Below are positions 28,360 to 37,043 of a DNA stretch of 61,380 bases, one piece after another. This DNA is from a virus. Its lineage: Duplodnaviria > Caudoviricetes. The stretch covers positions 1 to 61,380 of the IMG/VR virus record IMGVR_UViG_3300025138_000041. One strand, given 5' to 3'. The stretch's first letter is position 1. Each line of letters starts with the position of its first letter. The translations under genes and the position numbers were made by a program. The notes under the pieces were generated by a model. That model saw nothing but the letters and a program-made list of their open reading frames with translations, did no database searches and was not told the DNA's origin.

Positions 28360-28570
28360 ATTACATGAGATGGAGAAGATGATTATGGATTGCTGGCATG
28401 TCGTGGATGATCTTGAGGTAGTATTCAAACAGGTTTGTGATGGACAGCGAGAACCAACAACAGATGAATTAACTAACACGCTCATGGGTATGCACCAACT
28501 ATATCATTGGAAGTTTGAACAACTATTCGATAAGTATGAGGACTGCATTGAGTCAAGGAAAAACTTATGA
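28352..28570 (+). CDS. hypothetical protein
   Basis: Likely start MSELHE overlapping the previous stop. Confidence 0.6.
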   Translation: MSELHEMEKMIMDCWHVVDDLEVVFKQVCDGQREPTTDELTNTLMGMHQLYHWKFEQLFDKYEDCIESRKNL

Positions 28571-28719
28571 GTAAAATCCCTATGAAAGGTGGTGATGAAT
28601 ACGATGCTCTTACTAAGGCTCGTAAATATTACAACTGGAGTAAGGGACAACTTAAAAAGATAAAACGCGGTTATAATAAAAGATTTCGTAAAGTAGGAAA
28701 GAGAATAAGTTATGAGTAA
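28567..28719 (+). CDS. small basic hypothetical protein (not in track)
   Basis: [16 protein letters not shown]..., ATGA coupling. Confidence 0.55.
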   Translation: MSKIPMKGGDEYDALTKARKYYNWSKGQLKKIKRGYNKRFRKVGKRISYE

Positions 28720-28819
28720 TATTTTTCATCTAGCAATTGAAGGCGGTAAACTAGAAACATTTTTTGTAGAAGATCCTAATAGAAATGTTATTGAAATTAA
28801 AAGTATGTTAAAAATTTAA
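28712..28819 (+). pseudogene. internally deleted glyoxalase/VOC-family remnant
   Basis: MSNIFHLAI fused directly to ETFFVEDPNRNVIEIK. Confidence 0.55.
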
Positions 28820-28833
28820 CAAGGAGAAAGTCA

Positions 28834-29289
28834 ATGAAATATATATTATTTGCCCTCACATTCATTCTAGTATCGTGTACTGCGTCAATATCAGTTAAGG
28901 CTGATCCAGATATCTATATAGAACCACTATCACCTAATACTATTTCACCTAAAAAAGATAAGAGTGGTGATATAGATGCGGGTGAGTACTTAAAGAATAG
29001 GATTGCACCAAAAAGAAATCCAACACAACAGGTAATAGTTGTTGCATGTGATATGTCGGAATATGTAAAATCTCAAGTAGTCGCCAAGTGGAACGAAAAA
29101 AAATTATTTGGAGGCATTACAGTAATAATGATGGTACCAAGCGGTGCACCAATATCTGCAGCACAAAAATTTTCACCAACAGCTTCATTATATGTCAATC
29201 AAGACACTGGAACATGGTCGCTCATAGCAGAAACCGGTAACTACTCTTGTCTCATAGCTAACGGCAATCAATTCAGCCCTGGAGAATAG
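28834..29289 (+). CDS. secreted/lipoprotein-like hypothetical
   Basis: Signal peptide; AAGGAG RBS. Confidence 0.65.
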   Translation: MKYILFALTFILVSCTASISVKADPDIYIEPLSPNTISPKKDKSGDIDAGEYLKNRIAPKRNPTQQVIVVACDMSEYVKSQVVAKWNEKKLFGGITVIMMVPSGAPISAAQKFSPTASLYVNQDTGTWSLIAETGNYSCLIANGNQFSPGE

Positions 29290-29290
29290 T

Positions 29291-29566
29291 GTGAATAGTA
29301 TCGGAATCTGGATGTTATATTCCCTATTTGCATTAGACGCAAATGGGGAAAGATTAGTATTTGAAGGTAAAGAGTTTTATTCACAACAAGAATGTATTTC
29401 TTTCTCAACTAAAAATATTACAAATTTAAATAAAGCATTAACATACAGATTGGATTATATTTATGGAAAAAATTCTTACGTTGTTTTAGAGTTAGGTTGT
29501 GTGCAGAAAGATGATCCTATGGGCAGAAAAATTATACTGAATAATAATTTAGGTAAAGACGTTTGA
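29291..29566 (+). CDS. hypothetical protein
   Basis: GGAG RBS. Confidence 0.55.
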   Translation: MNSIGIWMLYSLFALDANGERLVFEGKEFYSQQECISFSTKNITNLNKALTYRLDYIYGKNSYVVLELGCVQKDDPMGRKIILNNNLGKDV

Positions 29567-29793
29567 CGGAAGATCAAGAAAGATATCACAACTATATTCT
29601 AAGGAAAACAAAAATGACCAATCGATTAGAATTAAGAATTTATGAATTGGAAGACAAAATAAATTCATATGAAAAACGAATACAAAAACTAGAAGCAAGA
29701 CCTAATTTATATCAAAGAACAGACACGCTCGGTCAACCAAACGGTATGGTATACGTACACGGTCAAAACAAGGTGCATAACGATGACGGATGA
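29563..29793 (+). CDS. hypothetical coiled-coil protein
   Basis: Overlap packing. Confidence 0.5.
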   Translation: MTEDQERYHNYILRKTKMTNRLELRIYELEDKINSYEKRIQKLEARPNLYQRTDTLGQPNGMVYVHGQNKVHNDDG

Positions 29794-30046
29794 TATTTTT
29801 GACTTCGGCTTTACAGCCGTTACTGAGGAAGAACTTGATGCAGTTCAAGACGCTGTTCAATCTCAAGCTGGCGTTGAAGAAAATTTAGAATTATTACAAG
29901 CAAAAGTTGATAAGCTTTATAATTCAGTAATTCCATTATTAACGAACTTAAAGAAAAATCCGCAAAAAGATTATATTCATTGGCCTAATAGACTTACCAA
30001 AGTCGAACAATTTGAAGATATGCTAACTAAAATTTACAAAAGCTAA
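29783..30046 (+). CDS. hypothetical phage protein
   Basis: FDFGFTAV..EEL...NLKKNP.KDYI.WPNR. Confidence 0.7.
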   Translation: MTDDIFDFGFTAVTEEELDAVQDAVQSQAGVEENLELLQAKVDKLYNSVIPLLTNLKKNPQKDYIHWPNRLTKVEQFEDMLTKIYKS

Positions 30047-30097
30047 TATGATTTCCACATCATATTTCGCATTTATGATTTCCACATCATATAAATA
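30046..30097 (+). promoter_or_regulatory. tandem 19-bp palindromic repeats ending in a late promoter
   Basis: tatgat-ttccac-atcatat twice; TATAAATA 30090-30097. Confidence 0.7.
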
Positions 30098-30124
30098 ATA
30101 AAAAAAACTATAGTGGAAATCAAA

Positions 30125-30718
30125 ATGAAAACTTTTAATACATTTATAGCAGAAAGATTTGTTAATGCTCTTCCTAATGATGAGGAATTGAAGCGTAAGT
30201 GGTCAGACGATGTTTGGAGTTTGCTGCAAAAATCTTATGAAAAAATAGGTGGAATTAAAGGTAAAGGATTTGAAAGCAAACAGTCCATGATTGACAATAT
30301 TCCCATGTGGAAAATGGCTGTAAAAAATGGTAAACTTGTAGCAGTAATACTTTATAAAGATAAAGGCGGTAGAAAATCTGTAGCAATGGGTGCTGTTAAA
30401 GGTGATGAATCTAAAGCTATTGTCGCTAATATGTTTGCTCAAGAAATAAAAAGATCATACGGTGAAAAAAGTAAAGCTGCACTGGGCACAATGATGAAAA
30501 GTGTTCCTTGGGACGTTTTAGAGAAATTTGCAATGGATCCAAAATCTATAGACGGTGCAATTCCAATCACAAAAATTAATCCGAAAGAATGGCCAAAAGA
30601 TGCCAGTTTTACTATCGACAAGTATCCAGAACTAAAAAAGTATGGTTATCTGAGAGATTTAGGTGGAGAAATGATATTTAAAGTTGCTTTCGGAACAAAA
30701 GGTAAATTTATAAAATAA
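30125..30718 (+). CDS. putative internal head protein with capsid-targeting leader
   Basis: MKTFNTFIAE resembles the T4 IPIII leader MKTYQEFIAE; late promoter upstream. Confidence 0.65.
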   Translation: MKTFNTFIAERFVNALPNDEELKRKWSDDVWSLLQKSYEKIGGIKGKGFESKQSMIDNIPMWKMAVKNGKLVAVILYKDKGGRKSVAMGAVKGDESKAIVANMFAQEIKRSYGEKSKAALGTMMKSVPWDVLEKFAMDPKSIDGAIPITKINPKEWPKDASFTIDKYPELKKYGYLRDLGGEMIFKVAFGTKGKFIK

Positions 30719-30722
30719 ATTC

Positions 30723-30768
30723 TTGACAACACCTTAATAATACATTAGTATCATGAAGTAAAAGAATC
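30723..30768 (+). promoter_or_regulatory. early promoter
   Basis: TTGACA-N17-TAGTAT; leader agtaaaagaatc. Confidence 0.7.
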
Positions 30769-30781
30769 AGAAAGAAGAAAG

Positions 30782-31363
30782 ATGAATATTTTATATGTGC
30801 ATGGCTTCGGCTCATGTTATGATGCGAGTAATCCTAAAATTGTAGAACTATCTAATCTAGGAAAAGTTTTTGGAGTTGATTTAAATTATTGCGATAGTCA
30901 AGAAAAAAATCAAAAAATAATTTATGACTCTCTTATAAAAGATGATATAGATTTACTTGTTGGTACTTCTATGGGCGGCTATATGGTCCATAAGATAGCT
31001 AATAAATATTCTATTCCTTATGTTATGATAAACCCCGCAATCAATCCTTCGGAAACTCTTAAAAAGTATGAGGGTTCGGGTGTTGATCATAAAGAGCGTA
31101 AATACAATTTGACAAAAGAAACTATTTCAAATTTTAAACATATGCAAGAAAATTGGGGTCGTGCACCTGGATTGCTTTTGTTAGACTTAGATGATGAAGT
31201 TATAGACGCAAAAGAAACCATTAAACTATTTTTAGATTCAAAATGGGTAGATACTTTTTCTTGGTCTAGCGGCTCACACAGGTTTGACCATATGAGTGAA
31301 TCTGTTCCAATAATCGAAGATTTTATTAGTGACACAATGTCATATGGATTTGGCAATAATTAA
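30782..31363 (+). CDS. YqiA/YcfP-like alpha/beta hydrolase
   Basis: LYVHGFGS, GTSMGG, INPA, DEVID, GSHRF. Confidence 0.85.
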   Translation: MNILYVHGFGSCYDASNPKIVELSNLGKVFGVDLNYCDSQEKNQKIIYDSLIKDDIDLLVGTSMGGYMVHKIANKYSIPYVMINPAINPSETLKKYEGSGVDHKERKYNLTKETISNFKHMQENWGRAPGLLLLDLDDEVIDAKETIKLFLDSKWVDTFSWSSGSHRFDHMSESVPIIEDFISDTMSYGFGNN

Positions 31364-31366
31364 CTA

Positions 31367-31413
31367 TTGACAATCTAATTTAAATATCGTAAGTTATAAG
31401 AGTAAAGAGAATC
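31367..31413 (+). promoter_or_regulatory. early promoter, family B
   Basis: TTGACA-N17-TAAGTT; taagagtaaagagaatc. Confidence 0.75.
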
Positions 31414-31428
31414 AGTGAAAGGGTTCCT

Positions 31429-32070
31429 ATGCTCATTTATCAAAAACATCAAAAACCTGTTGTTGAAGAATTACAAGCTAAAAATTGGGATAATGATGAT
31501 ATCATGACATATCTTTCTTATCTTAATAAAAAGAAAACTCTCATAAAAACTGGTCGCAAACACGGTAAATATTCGCGTGACTCAGATCGTTCAAAAGTTT
31601 ATAGTGCTGAGTTTAAATATGAGCGGACTTACAGTACCGGCAAGCAATTCAAAAACCTTGCAGAAGCACAAAAATATTGTGACCATGTACTATCTTCCAA
31701 AACTTGGCAGAAAATGTCAAACAATACGCATATTGCTTTGTCTACTATGTATGGCAATAGAACTGCGGGTCGTGCTTGGAGAAATAATATTGATCTGAAT
31801 GTCAAAGGTGGAATGAACCAATATGTTCTACTCCATGAGATGGCTCATTGTGCTGGTAATATGCACCATGACACTCAGTTTCGAATTGATTTATTGAAGT
31901 TGGTATCTCGTTTCATTGGCAAAGAGCAGGCCGCATACCTCAAAGCCTGCTTTAAAGAAAAGAAGCTGAAACTAACTATCAATAAAAATGTTATGAACCC
32001 CGATGCTTGGATGAAAATGAAAATTCGAATGGAGAAAGCGAGAGAAACTATGGCTGCGAAAGCAGCCTAA
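31429..32070 (+). CDS. HExxH metalloprotease-like protein
   Basis: VLLHEMAH...HH..F. Confidence 0.7.
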   Translation: MLIYQKHQKPVVEELQAKNWDNDDIMTYLSYLNKKKTLIKTGRKHGKYSRDSDRSKVYSAEFKYERTYSTGKQFKNLAEAQKYCDHVLSSKTWQKMSNNTHIALSTMYGNRTAGRAWRNNIDLNVKGGMNQYVLLHEMAHCAGNMHHDTQFRIDLLKLVSRFIGKEQAAYLKACFKEKKLKLTINKNVMNPDAWMKMKIRMEKARETMAAKAA

Positions 32071-32078
32071 TTTCTTTA
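32052..32078 (+). terminator. intrinsic terminator
   Basis: ggctgc-gaaa-gcagcc then T-rich tract. Confidence 0.55.
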
Positions 32079-32084
32079 TAGGGG

Positions 32085-32131
32085 TTGACATTATATAAAG
32101 AATCTAATACAAAGTAAGAGTAAAGAGAATC
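32085..32131 (+). promoter_or_regulatory. early promoter, family B
   Basis: TTGACA-N17-TACAAA; leader shared with the 40104 copy. Confidence 0.75.
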
Positions 32132-32147
32132 AAGAGAAAGAGAGCCA

Positions 32148-32372
32148 ATGCTAGTTCAAACAACAATGACCGAAAATAACAAAATATGTTATAGTCTTGA
32201 AGCGCGTGGCACTAAGTATGAAGTTGTTGATGATCGTGATGGATTCTATGCTGTTTGGTCTAAGCGTAATAGCCTGACAACTACTAATCTAGTTCTTATG
32301 ACATTGAAAGAAATGAAGGATCGTTCAAAGGCTCTTAATCACCTCGCAACTCTTATCGAAATGGAAGTATAA
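32148..32372 (+). CDS. hypothetical protein
   Basis: Downstream of promoter. Confidence 0.6.
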   Translation: MLVQTTMTENNKICYSLEARGTKYEVVDDRDGFYAVWSKRNSLTTTNLVLMTLKEMKDRSKALNHLATLIEMEV

Positions 32373-32373
32373 T

Positions 32374-32670
32374 ATGGCTTTTGCTCCTGACTCAGTTGGT
32401 TTTACATATGGCGATAGCAGTATTCAAGGGTGTTTTCGTTTGAAAGAGAACGGTAACCTTTTCGAATATAGTCGCAACGACGATCCATTCAGCTTTTGTG
32501 AAGATTTTCCTCACAAGATATGGGTTACTTCGACTATTGAAGGTATCGACTCTGGCTTTCGTTATGGCATTGTCAAAAAGACCGTTGCTTACATTGCTGT
32601 AGATGAAGATGAGTTTGGCTTGCCTGTACTTGAGAAGTGGGACCTAAAACAAAGTCGAGTTTATGGTTGA
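32374..32670 (+). CDS. hypothetical phage protein
   Basis: VKKTVAYIAVDED...EKW. Confidence 0.65.
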   Translation: MAFAPDSVGFTYGDSSIQGCFRLKENGNLFEYSRNDDPFSFCEDFPHKIWVTSTIEGIDSGFRYGIVKKTVAYIAVDEDEFGLPVLEKWDLKQSRVYG

Positions 32671-32713
32671 CAAGTATAACTAGATTCGCTAAAACGTAAG
32701 AGTAAACAGAATC
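32667..32713 (+). promoter_or_regulatory. early promoter, family B
   Basis: TTGACA-N17-TAAAAC; gtaagagtaaacagaatc. Confidence 0.7.
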
Positions 32714-32729
32714 AAAAGAAAGAGAGAAA

Positions 32730-32912
32730 ATGAAAAAAGCAATTCTGACTCAAGATTTTATTTCTTCCGCGACTGAGAATTTTATTTCGAATGGTGGAAA
32801 AATTGTGAAAATTAAATCGACTGGTGAAATACCCAAAACATTTAATAACTATTCTGGCAAAAGCAATAGCTATGATGCCGGTGGTAAAAAAATAAATCTG
32901 TCGAGAGGATAA
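32730..32912 (+). CDS. small hypothetical protein
   Basis: Downstream of promoter. Confidence 0.55.
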   Translation: MKKAILTQDFISSATENFISNGGKIVKIKSTGEIPKTFNNYSGKSNSYDAGGKKINLSRG

Positions 32913-32918
32913 ATAATT

Positions 32919-33095
32919 ATGAATGAATATCGTGAAATAGCGCAGATGCTTCGCCATCTAATAAGAAATACAAATTCACCAGAGTCACCTATTCCTGCAA
33001 ACCATATCATGGCTCTATCTGAAGTTTTCGATTTTAAAGCAGATGAGATTGAAATGGAAATGATTGTTGAAATGCAAAGGAAAGCAGTAGCATGA
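32919..33095 (+). CDS. small hypothetical protein (not in track)
   Basis: GAGGA RBS, 58 aa. Confidence 0.55.
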   Translation: MNEYREIAQMLRHLIRNTNSPESPIPANHIMALSEVFDFKADEIEMEMIVEMQRKAVA

Positions 33096-33304
33096 CTAAA
33101 TATAATCAAGAGCATGGCAGCCCGTTTGATCGCGGCAATGCAGATTCATATTATCGCAGGGCACCAGATCCACATTGGTGGCCACAAGGCTCATATAACG
33201 GCTTTCGTGTTGACGAGTCTGATATGACAGCCCAAGAAATTGAAGCCTATAACGCAGGCTATGATGAAAATGAGAAAGACGGAAATTATAAAAACTACAG
33301 ATAA
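33092..33304 (+). CDS. hypothetical phage protein
   Basis: HGSPFDRG.ADSYY.R...PH. Confidence 0.7.
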   Translation: MTKYNQEHGSPFDRGNADSYYRRAPDPHWWPQGSYNGFRVDESDMTAQEIEAYNAGYDENEKDGNYKNYR

Positions 33305-33316
33305 AGGGAGATTAGA

Positions 33317-33493
33317 ATGTCAGTATATCGTCACGGAAATAAAATTCTTAATATAGATGGTTCTAAGTCTAGAGTTTATGATGATGATGTATTAATATTC
33401 CAAGGTTCAAGTCAGAAAGCGGTTGTAATGTTCGTTAATTTATGCGATGATAAAGTTGTAGCTGTTAAATTTGCAAAATATCTTAATTTGTAA
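33317..33493 (+). CDS. small hypothetical protein (not in track)
   Basis: GGGAG RBS, 58 aa. Confidence 0.5.
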   Translation: MSVYRHGNKILNIDGSKSRVYDDDVLIFQGSSQKAVVMFVNLCDDKVVAVKFAKYLNL

Positions 33494-33525
33494 ATATAAA
33501 TGAAATATGATTAAGGAAATATATA

Positions 33526-33795
33526 ATGAAAGTGGTTTATACATACGATGATCGTATGGCACTAATCAAAGAAGTGCATACGAGGCGAAATAAAATTCAA
33601 TCTATAAAAAATAAATCTAAAAATTTAATGACAAAAAAGCCTTCGATTAAAAGAGATTTTTCTGAAATTACTATAGCTAAAAATACTCAAGATAATATCA
33701 ACCATTATACTGACGCTAGTAAGTATGCAAAAGAATATTATGGCGAACGGCTAAAGCAAACCACGCGCTGGGACAAAGATTGGGGAGACTACTAA
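33526..33795 (+). CDS. hypothetical protein
   Basis: AAGGA RBS. Confidence 0.6.
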   Translation: MKVVYTYDDRMALIKEVHTRRNKIQSIKNKSKNLMTKKPSIKRDFSEITIAKNTQDNINHYTDASKYAKEYYGERLKQTTRWDKDWGDY

Positions 33796-33989
33796 TGATT
33801 GAAAATTTTACATATAAACGCCATGTTCGAACTACACGTCCAGATTTAAATTTGTTTAAAGTTATATGTGGTCAAAAATTAATTACGATTTGCCGAAGTG
33901 AAGAAAAGGCAATAGAAATGTGTGAAAATCTAAATAACGATTTTTGGTTTTTAGATCGAGGTCAAACTAGAAAAGATAGGTGGGGATAA
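33795..33989 (+). CDS. hypothetical protein
   Basis: TAATG coupling. Confidence 0.55.
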   Translation: MIENFTYKRHVRTTRPDLNLFKVICGQKLITICRSEEKAIEMCENLNNDFWFLDRGQTRKDRWG

Positions 33990-33991
33990 AA

Positions 33992-34357
33992 ATGAAACAT
34001 TTAATATTTGCATTAGCTATGATAGGATCAACTCAAGCTATCGCTCAACAAACTTGTACTATTCGCCAAGTGCCTGTATATCAAACTCACAATCAATATG
34101 CTGGCGCTGTAGTAGGTGGTATTATAGGCAATCAAATAGGTAATGGACAAGGTAAAACTTTAGCCACAGTATTAGGAATGCTCTTGGGCAGTCAAGTTGC
34201 TCAGAATACAAATACCAGACGTATTATAGGTTATCGACAAATTAGAGTCTGCGAATACTCAAACTCTCCTATTCAGTACGATAGAAGCCAACATTTTGAT
34301 CCTACTATTCCAACACTTAGTCAATGTAATGTCGGTGGAAAATTAATACGATGTTAA
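33992..34357 (+). CDS. glycine-zipper 2TM (YcfJ-like) protein
   Basis: Signal peptide; GAVVGGIIGNQIGNGQGK..ATVLG..LG. Confidence 0.8.
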   Translation: MKHLIFALAMIGSTQAIAQQTCTIRQVPVYQTHNQYAGAVVGGIIGNQIGNGQGKTLATVLGMLLGSQVAQNTNTRRIIGYRQIRVCEYSNSPIQYDRSQHFDPTIPTLSQCNVGGKLIRC

Positions 34358-34370
34358 TTTAAATATTCTC

Positions 34371-34415
34371 TTGACAATCGCTAACGAATCGTATATTAAT
34401 ATAATTGAAGTTAGC
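34371..34415 (+). promoter_or_regulatory. early promoter, family A copy 3
   Basis: TTGACA-N17-TATTAA; tataattgaagttagc. Confidence 0.75.
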
Positions 34416-34429
34416 AAGAAAGAGAAAAA

Positions 34430-34621
34430 ATGTCAGTCAAAATGAAAACAAAGTATCATGTCGAAGTTAGCGGTAGCTATACTGACTGGAATGGAAATGT
34501 TAAGAATCTTGTAAAAGAGATTAACAGTGCCACAGACTGCTATGGCAATGCTGCCGAGTTTGTTTGTGCGTGGGAAGAAACTCAGCCTAACTTGACTTTC
34601 AAAATTGTAGAAAACTACTAA
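34430..34621 (+). CDS. hypothetical protein
   Basis: Downstream of promoter. Confidence 0.6.
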   Translation: MSVKMKTKYHVEVSGSYTDWNGNVKNLVKEINSATDCYGNAAEFVCAWEETQPNLTFKIVENY

Positions 34622-34631
34622 GGAGATAAAG

Positions 34632-34868
34632 ATGCGTATCAAAGGTGCAATGACAGTTCTAAATAAACGTGCCGATTATTTTGGAAAAACTTTAGATTGG
34701 CTCATTTCAAGAATGGATGATGTTTCATACATGGATCAACCAATGCGTGTTGTTGAAGCATATGAAGTGTATAAATTAGATCAGGGTTATTATTGGAAAG
34801 GCACCGAAGGAGACACTTGGGCTAAAATAACTAATCCATATCATCCTAACTATAGAGAGATGATTTAA
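34632..34868 (+). CDS. hypothetical protein
   Basis: AAGGAG RBS. Confidence 0.6.
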   Translation: MRIKGAMTVLNKRADYFGKTLDWLISRMDDVSYMDQPMRVVEAYEVYKLDQGYYWKGTEGDTWAKITNPYHPNYREMI

Positions 34869-35095
34869 TGAACTGGATTGAAATTGATAAACTCTTGCGA
34901 AGCATGGTTTCATTATATAACGATCCCGTAAAATTGTTTGAGGATGTGAAAAAAAAGTTTGGTTGGAATGATAGCCAAACTAAAGCTGCACTTAGTCCAA
35001 TGATGCCTAAAGATTCTATCAAAACTACTGTTGATAAACCTAAGCGTAAAAGGCGCACGAAAGCTGAAATGGAAGCAGCGAGGAAAAATAAATGA
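34868..35095 (+). CDS. hypothetical with basic KRKRRTKAEME tail
   Basis: TAATG coupling. Confidence 0.6.
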   Translation: MNWIEIDKLLRSMVSLYNDPVKLFEDVKKKFGWNDSQTKAALSPMMPKDSIKTTVDKPKRKRRTKAEMEAARKNK

Positions 35096-35394
35096 TTAAT
35101 ACGCATGGAATTGAAGAGGAAGAAAATGAACATGCTATAGAACGCAAAGTTTATTTAGACATTAAGCCATCACCACAACAATCAGATATTGTTCAGGCAC
35201 TTAAAAATCAAGCAGGCGAAGAATGGAAGTCTAGATGTACTGATCATTTCGCATGGAAAGCTGCAGATCATATTATTGAACTTGAAAAGAAAATTGAGTT
35301 TTATGAAAGCCTGCTCCGCAAATACCATTTAGATACAGTAAAAAGATTTAATGATTATAATGACGAATTTACTGGATGGAATTATAAAAAATGA
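35092..35394 (+). CDS. hypothetical protein
   Basis: ATGA coupling. Confidence 0.6.
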   Translation: MINTHGIEEEENEHAIERKVYLDIKPSPQQSDIVQALKNQAGEEWKSRCTDHFAWKAADHIIELEKKIEFYESLLRKYHLDTVKRFNDYNDEFTGWNYKK

Positions 35395-35732
35395 GTATGC
35401 ATATGATCAAAGGAGTCCAGATTCACGGCAGCGGTAAGAAGAAAAAACGCGCTGTTGGTTGGGCAAAAGCAGTGAACGATCATGAGGCATTTTTAAAAAA
35501 GATGGGCGTTACTGGTAAAAAATCAAACTATCGACCAGATAAACCAGATTTGAGTGTTAGAAAAATGCCTAAAACATCTGATACTATTTGTTCTAACGGA
35601 TCTAAAAAAGAAACTCAAACATACACGGGCAATGAGATTGCTGGTATTGTAGTGACGCATAAAAGTAATCTAATGCCTATTCGTAAAGATAATAAAGATG
35701 CTGCAATTGATGCTGCAAATATGAGGAGATAA
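35391..35732 (+). CDS. hypothetical phage protein
   Basis: YTG..I.GI...HKSNL.P...MRR. Confidence 0.7.
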   Translation: MSMHMIKGVQIHGSGKKKKRAVGWAKAVNDHEAFLKKMGVTGKKSNYRPDKPDLSVRKMPKTSDTICSNGSKKETQTYTGNEIAGIVVTHKSNLMPIRKDNKDAAIDAANMRR

Positions 35733-35783
35733 GCGTTGAATATCGCTGGTCATACAACTACTATAATTACTAAAAATAAAAAT

Positions 35784-36041
35784 ATGGCTATACCATATTA
35801 TCTAATGGCTTCCTATGCTTATTATATTGAAGATGATCCTATATTCTCAGATGATTTTTATGATATGTTATCTAAAAAAATATTAAACAATTGGGATTCA
35901 ATTAAGCACTATCATAAACATTTGCTAGATAAAGATATGTTAATAGCTGGAACTTATTTAGGAGAATATCCTAATATTGTAATCGACGCTCTATCCAATC
36001 TAAGAAATGATCATGGCAAAAAGAAGCGGAAAAAGAAATGA
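35784..36041 (+). CDS. small protein resembling NAD-dependent DNA ligase domain Ia
   Basis: YAYYIEDDPIFSDDFYD. Confidence 0.6.
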   Translation: MAIPYYLMASYAYYIEDDPIFSDDFYDMLSKKILNNWDSIKHYHKHLLDKDMLIAGTYLGEYPNIVIDALSNLRNDHGKKKRKKK

Positions 36042-36220
36042 AGTCTGTACGAATTAAAAGAATTCCTAGAAGTTTCGATAGTGATATTATGGACTGGCAT
36101 ATAACAGAATATTTTGCGGACGTTGTTAAATGTGCATATATCTATAAAGATATGGTTGATGCAATGGAACATATAGAAGATTTTTTAATTGATGAAATAA
36201 TTAACTAAGGAGAATAGTAA

Positions 36221-36730
36221 ATGCCAAACTGGTGTAGTAATTCGATTCTAATAGAAGGTCCAAAGGAAAAAATAAAAGAACTTTGGGATAAATCAAATAA
36301 AGATCCTGAGAAATCTGGTCTACTTGAAACTATGGTTCCTATGCCCGAAAGTGAAGCTGATTGGTATAGTTGGCGTATAGACAATTGGGGAACTAAATGG
36401 GAAGTAAATTCTGAAGGATTAGAGTATTCTGAATCTACAGAAGATGAAGATAGATCCCTTATTGAAGGTTGGGTAGATTCTGCTTGGGGTCCGCCTAAAG
36501 AAGCATTTGAAAAATTCTGCGCTGAAAACGATGATATACATGTAGAAGTACATTATCATGAATGCGGAATGGGCTTTGTTGGTTATTGGGACTCAGAAGG
36601 AAATGATGAATATTACGAATATTACAAAGATAACATTACATCCAAAAATATTCGTGAATTTATTCCTGAACACATTGTAGATGAATGGTGTTTAGATGAA
36701 GAACTAGAAAATATGGAAGAATATGAATAA
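36221..36730 (+). CDS. DUF1281/YubB-like protein
   Basis: MPNWC.N, WY.WR..NWGTKW, SAWGPP, Y.E.GMGFVG. Confidence 0.75.
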   Translation: MPNWCSNSILIEGPKEKIKELWDKSNKDPEKSGLLETMVPMPESEADWYSWRIDNWGTKWEVNSEGLEYSESTEDEDRSLIEGWVDSAWGPPKEAFEKFCAENDDIHVEVHYHECGMGFVGYWDSEGNDEYYEYYKDNITSKNIREFIPEHIVDEWCLDEELENMEEYE

Positions 36731-36753
36731 ATTAAAATAAGTGAATGACTATT

Positions 36754-36805
36754 ACCCCACTCACTAAGAAGAATCTTATTATAACAGATTCTTTAGATTT
36801 GTCAA
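36754..36805 (-). promoter_or_regulatory. antisense sigma70-type promoter, copy 2 of the 38-bp repeat
   Basis: Minus strand TTGACA-N16-TATAAT; identical to 5919-5956 over 38 bp. Confidence 0.7.
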
Positions 36806-36816
36806 CTGGAAAAATA

Positions 36817-37035
36817 ATGTACACTGTTGAACACGAAAAAGATTATAGTTCTATCCATGTCTTAGATACAAATGGTGAAGCCGATGATGTGGAATTAATA
36901 TTTGATGAAAACAATGTCTATATAAGACAGTACGATGAGGATGATCATTTCAATATTGTACTAATTACACCTCAAATGTTTGAAGAAATAATTGCAGCAT
37001 ACAATTCACCTGAGGGTGCTTACATAACAAAATAG
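36817..37035 (+). CDS. hypothetical protein (start reassigned)
   Basis: The 5' part of the track ORF is the repeat element. Confidence 0.6.
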   Translation: MYTVEHEKDYSSIHVLDTNGEADDVELIFDENNVYIRQYDEDDHFNIVLITPQMFEEIIAAYNSPEGAYITK

Positions 37036-37043
37036 GAGCAACT

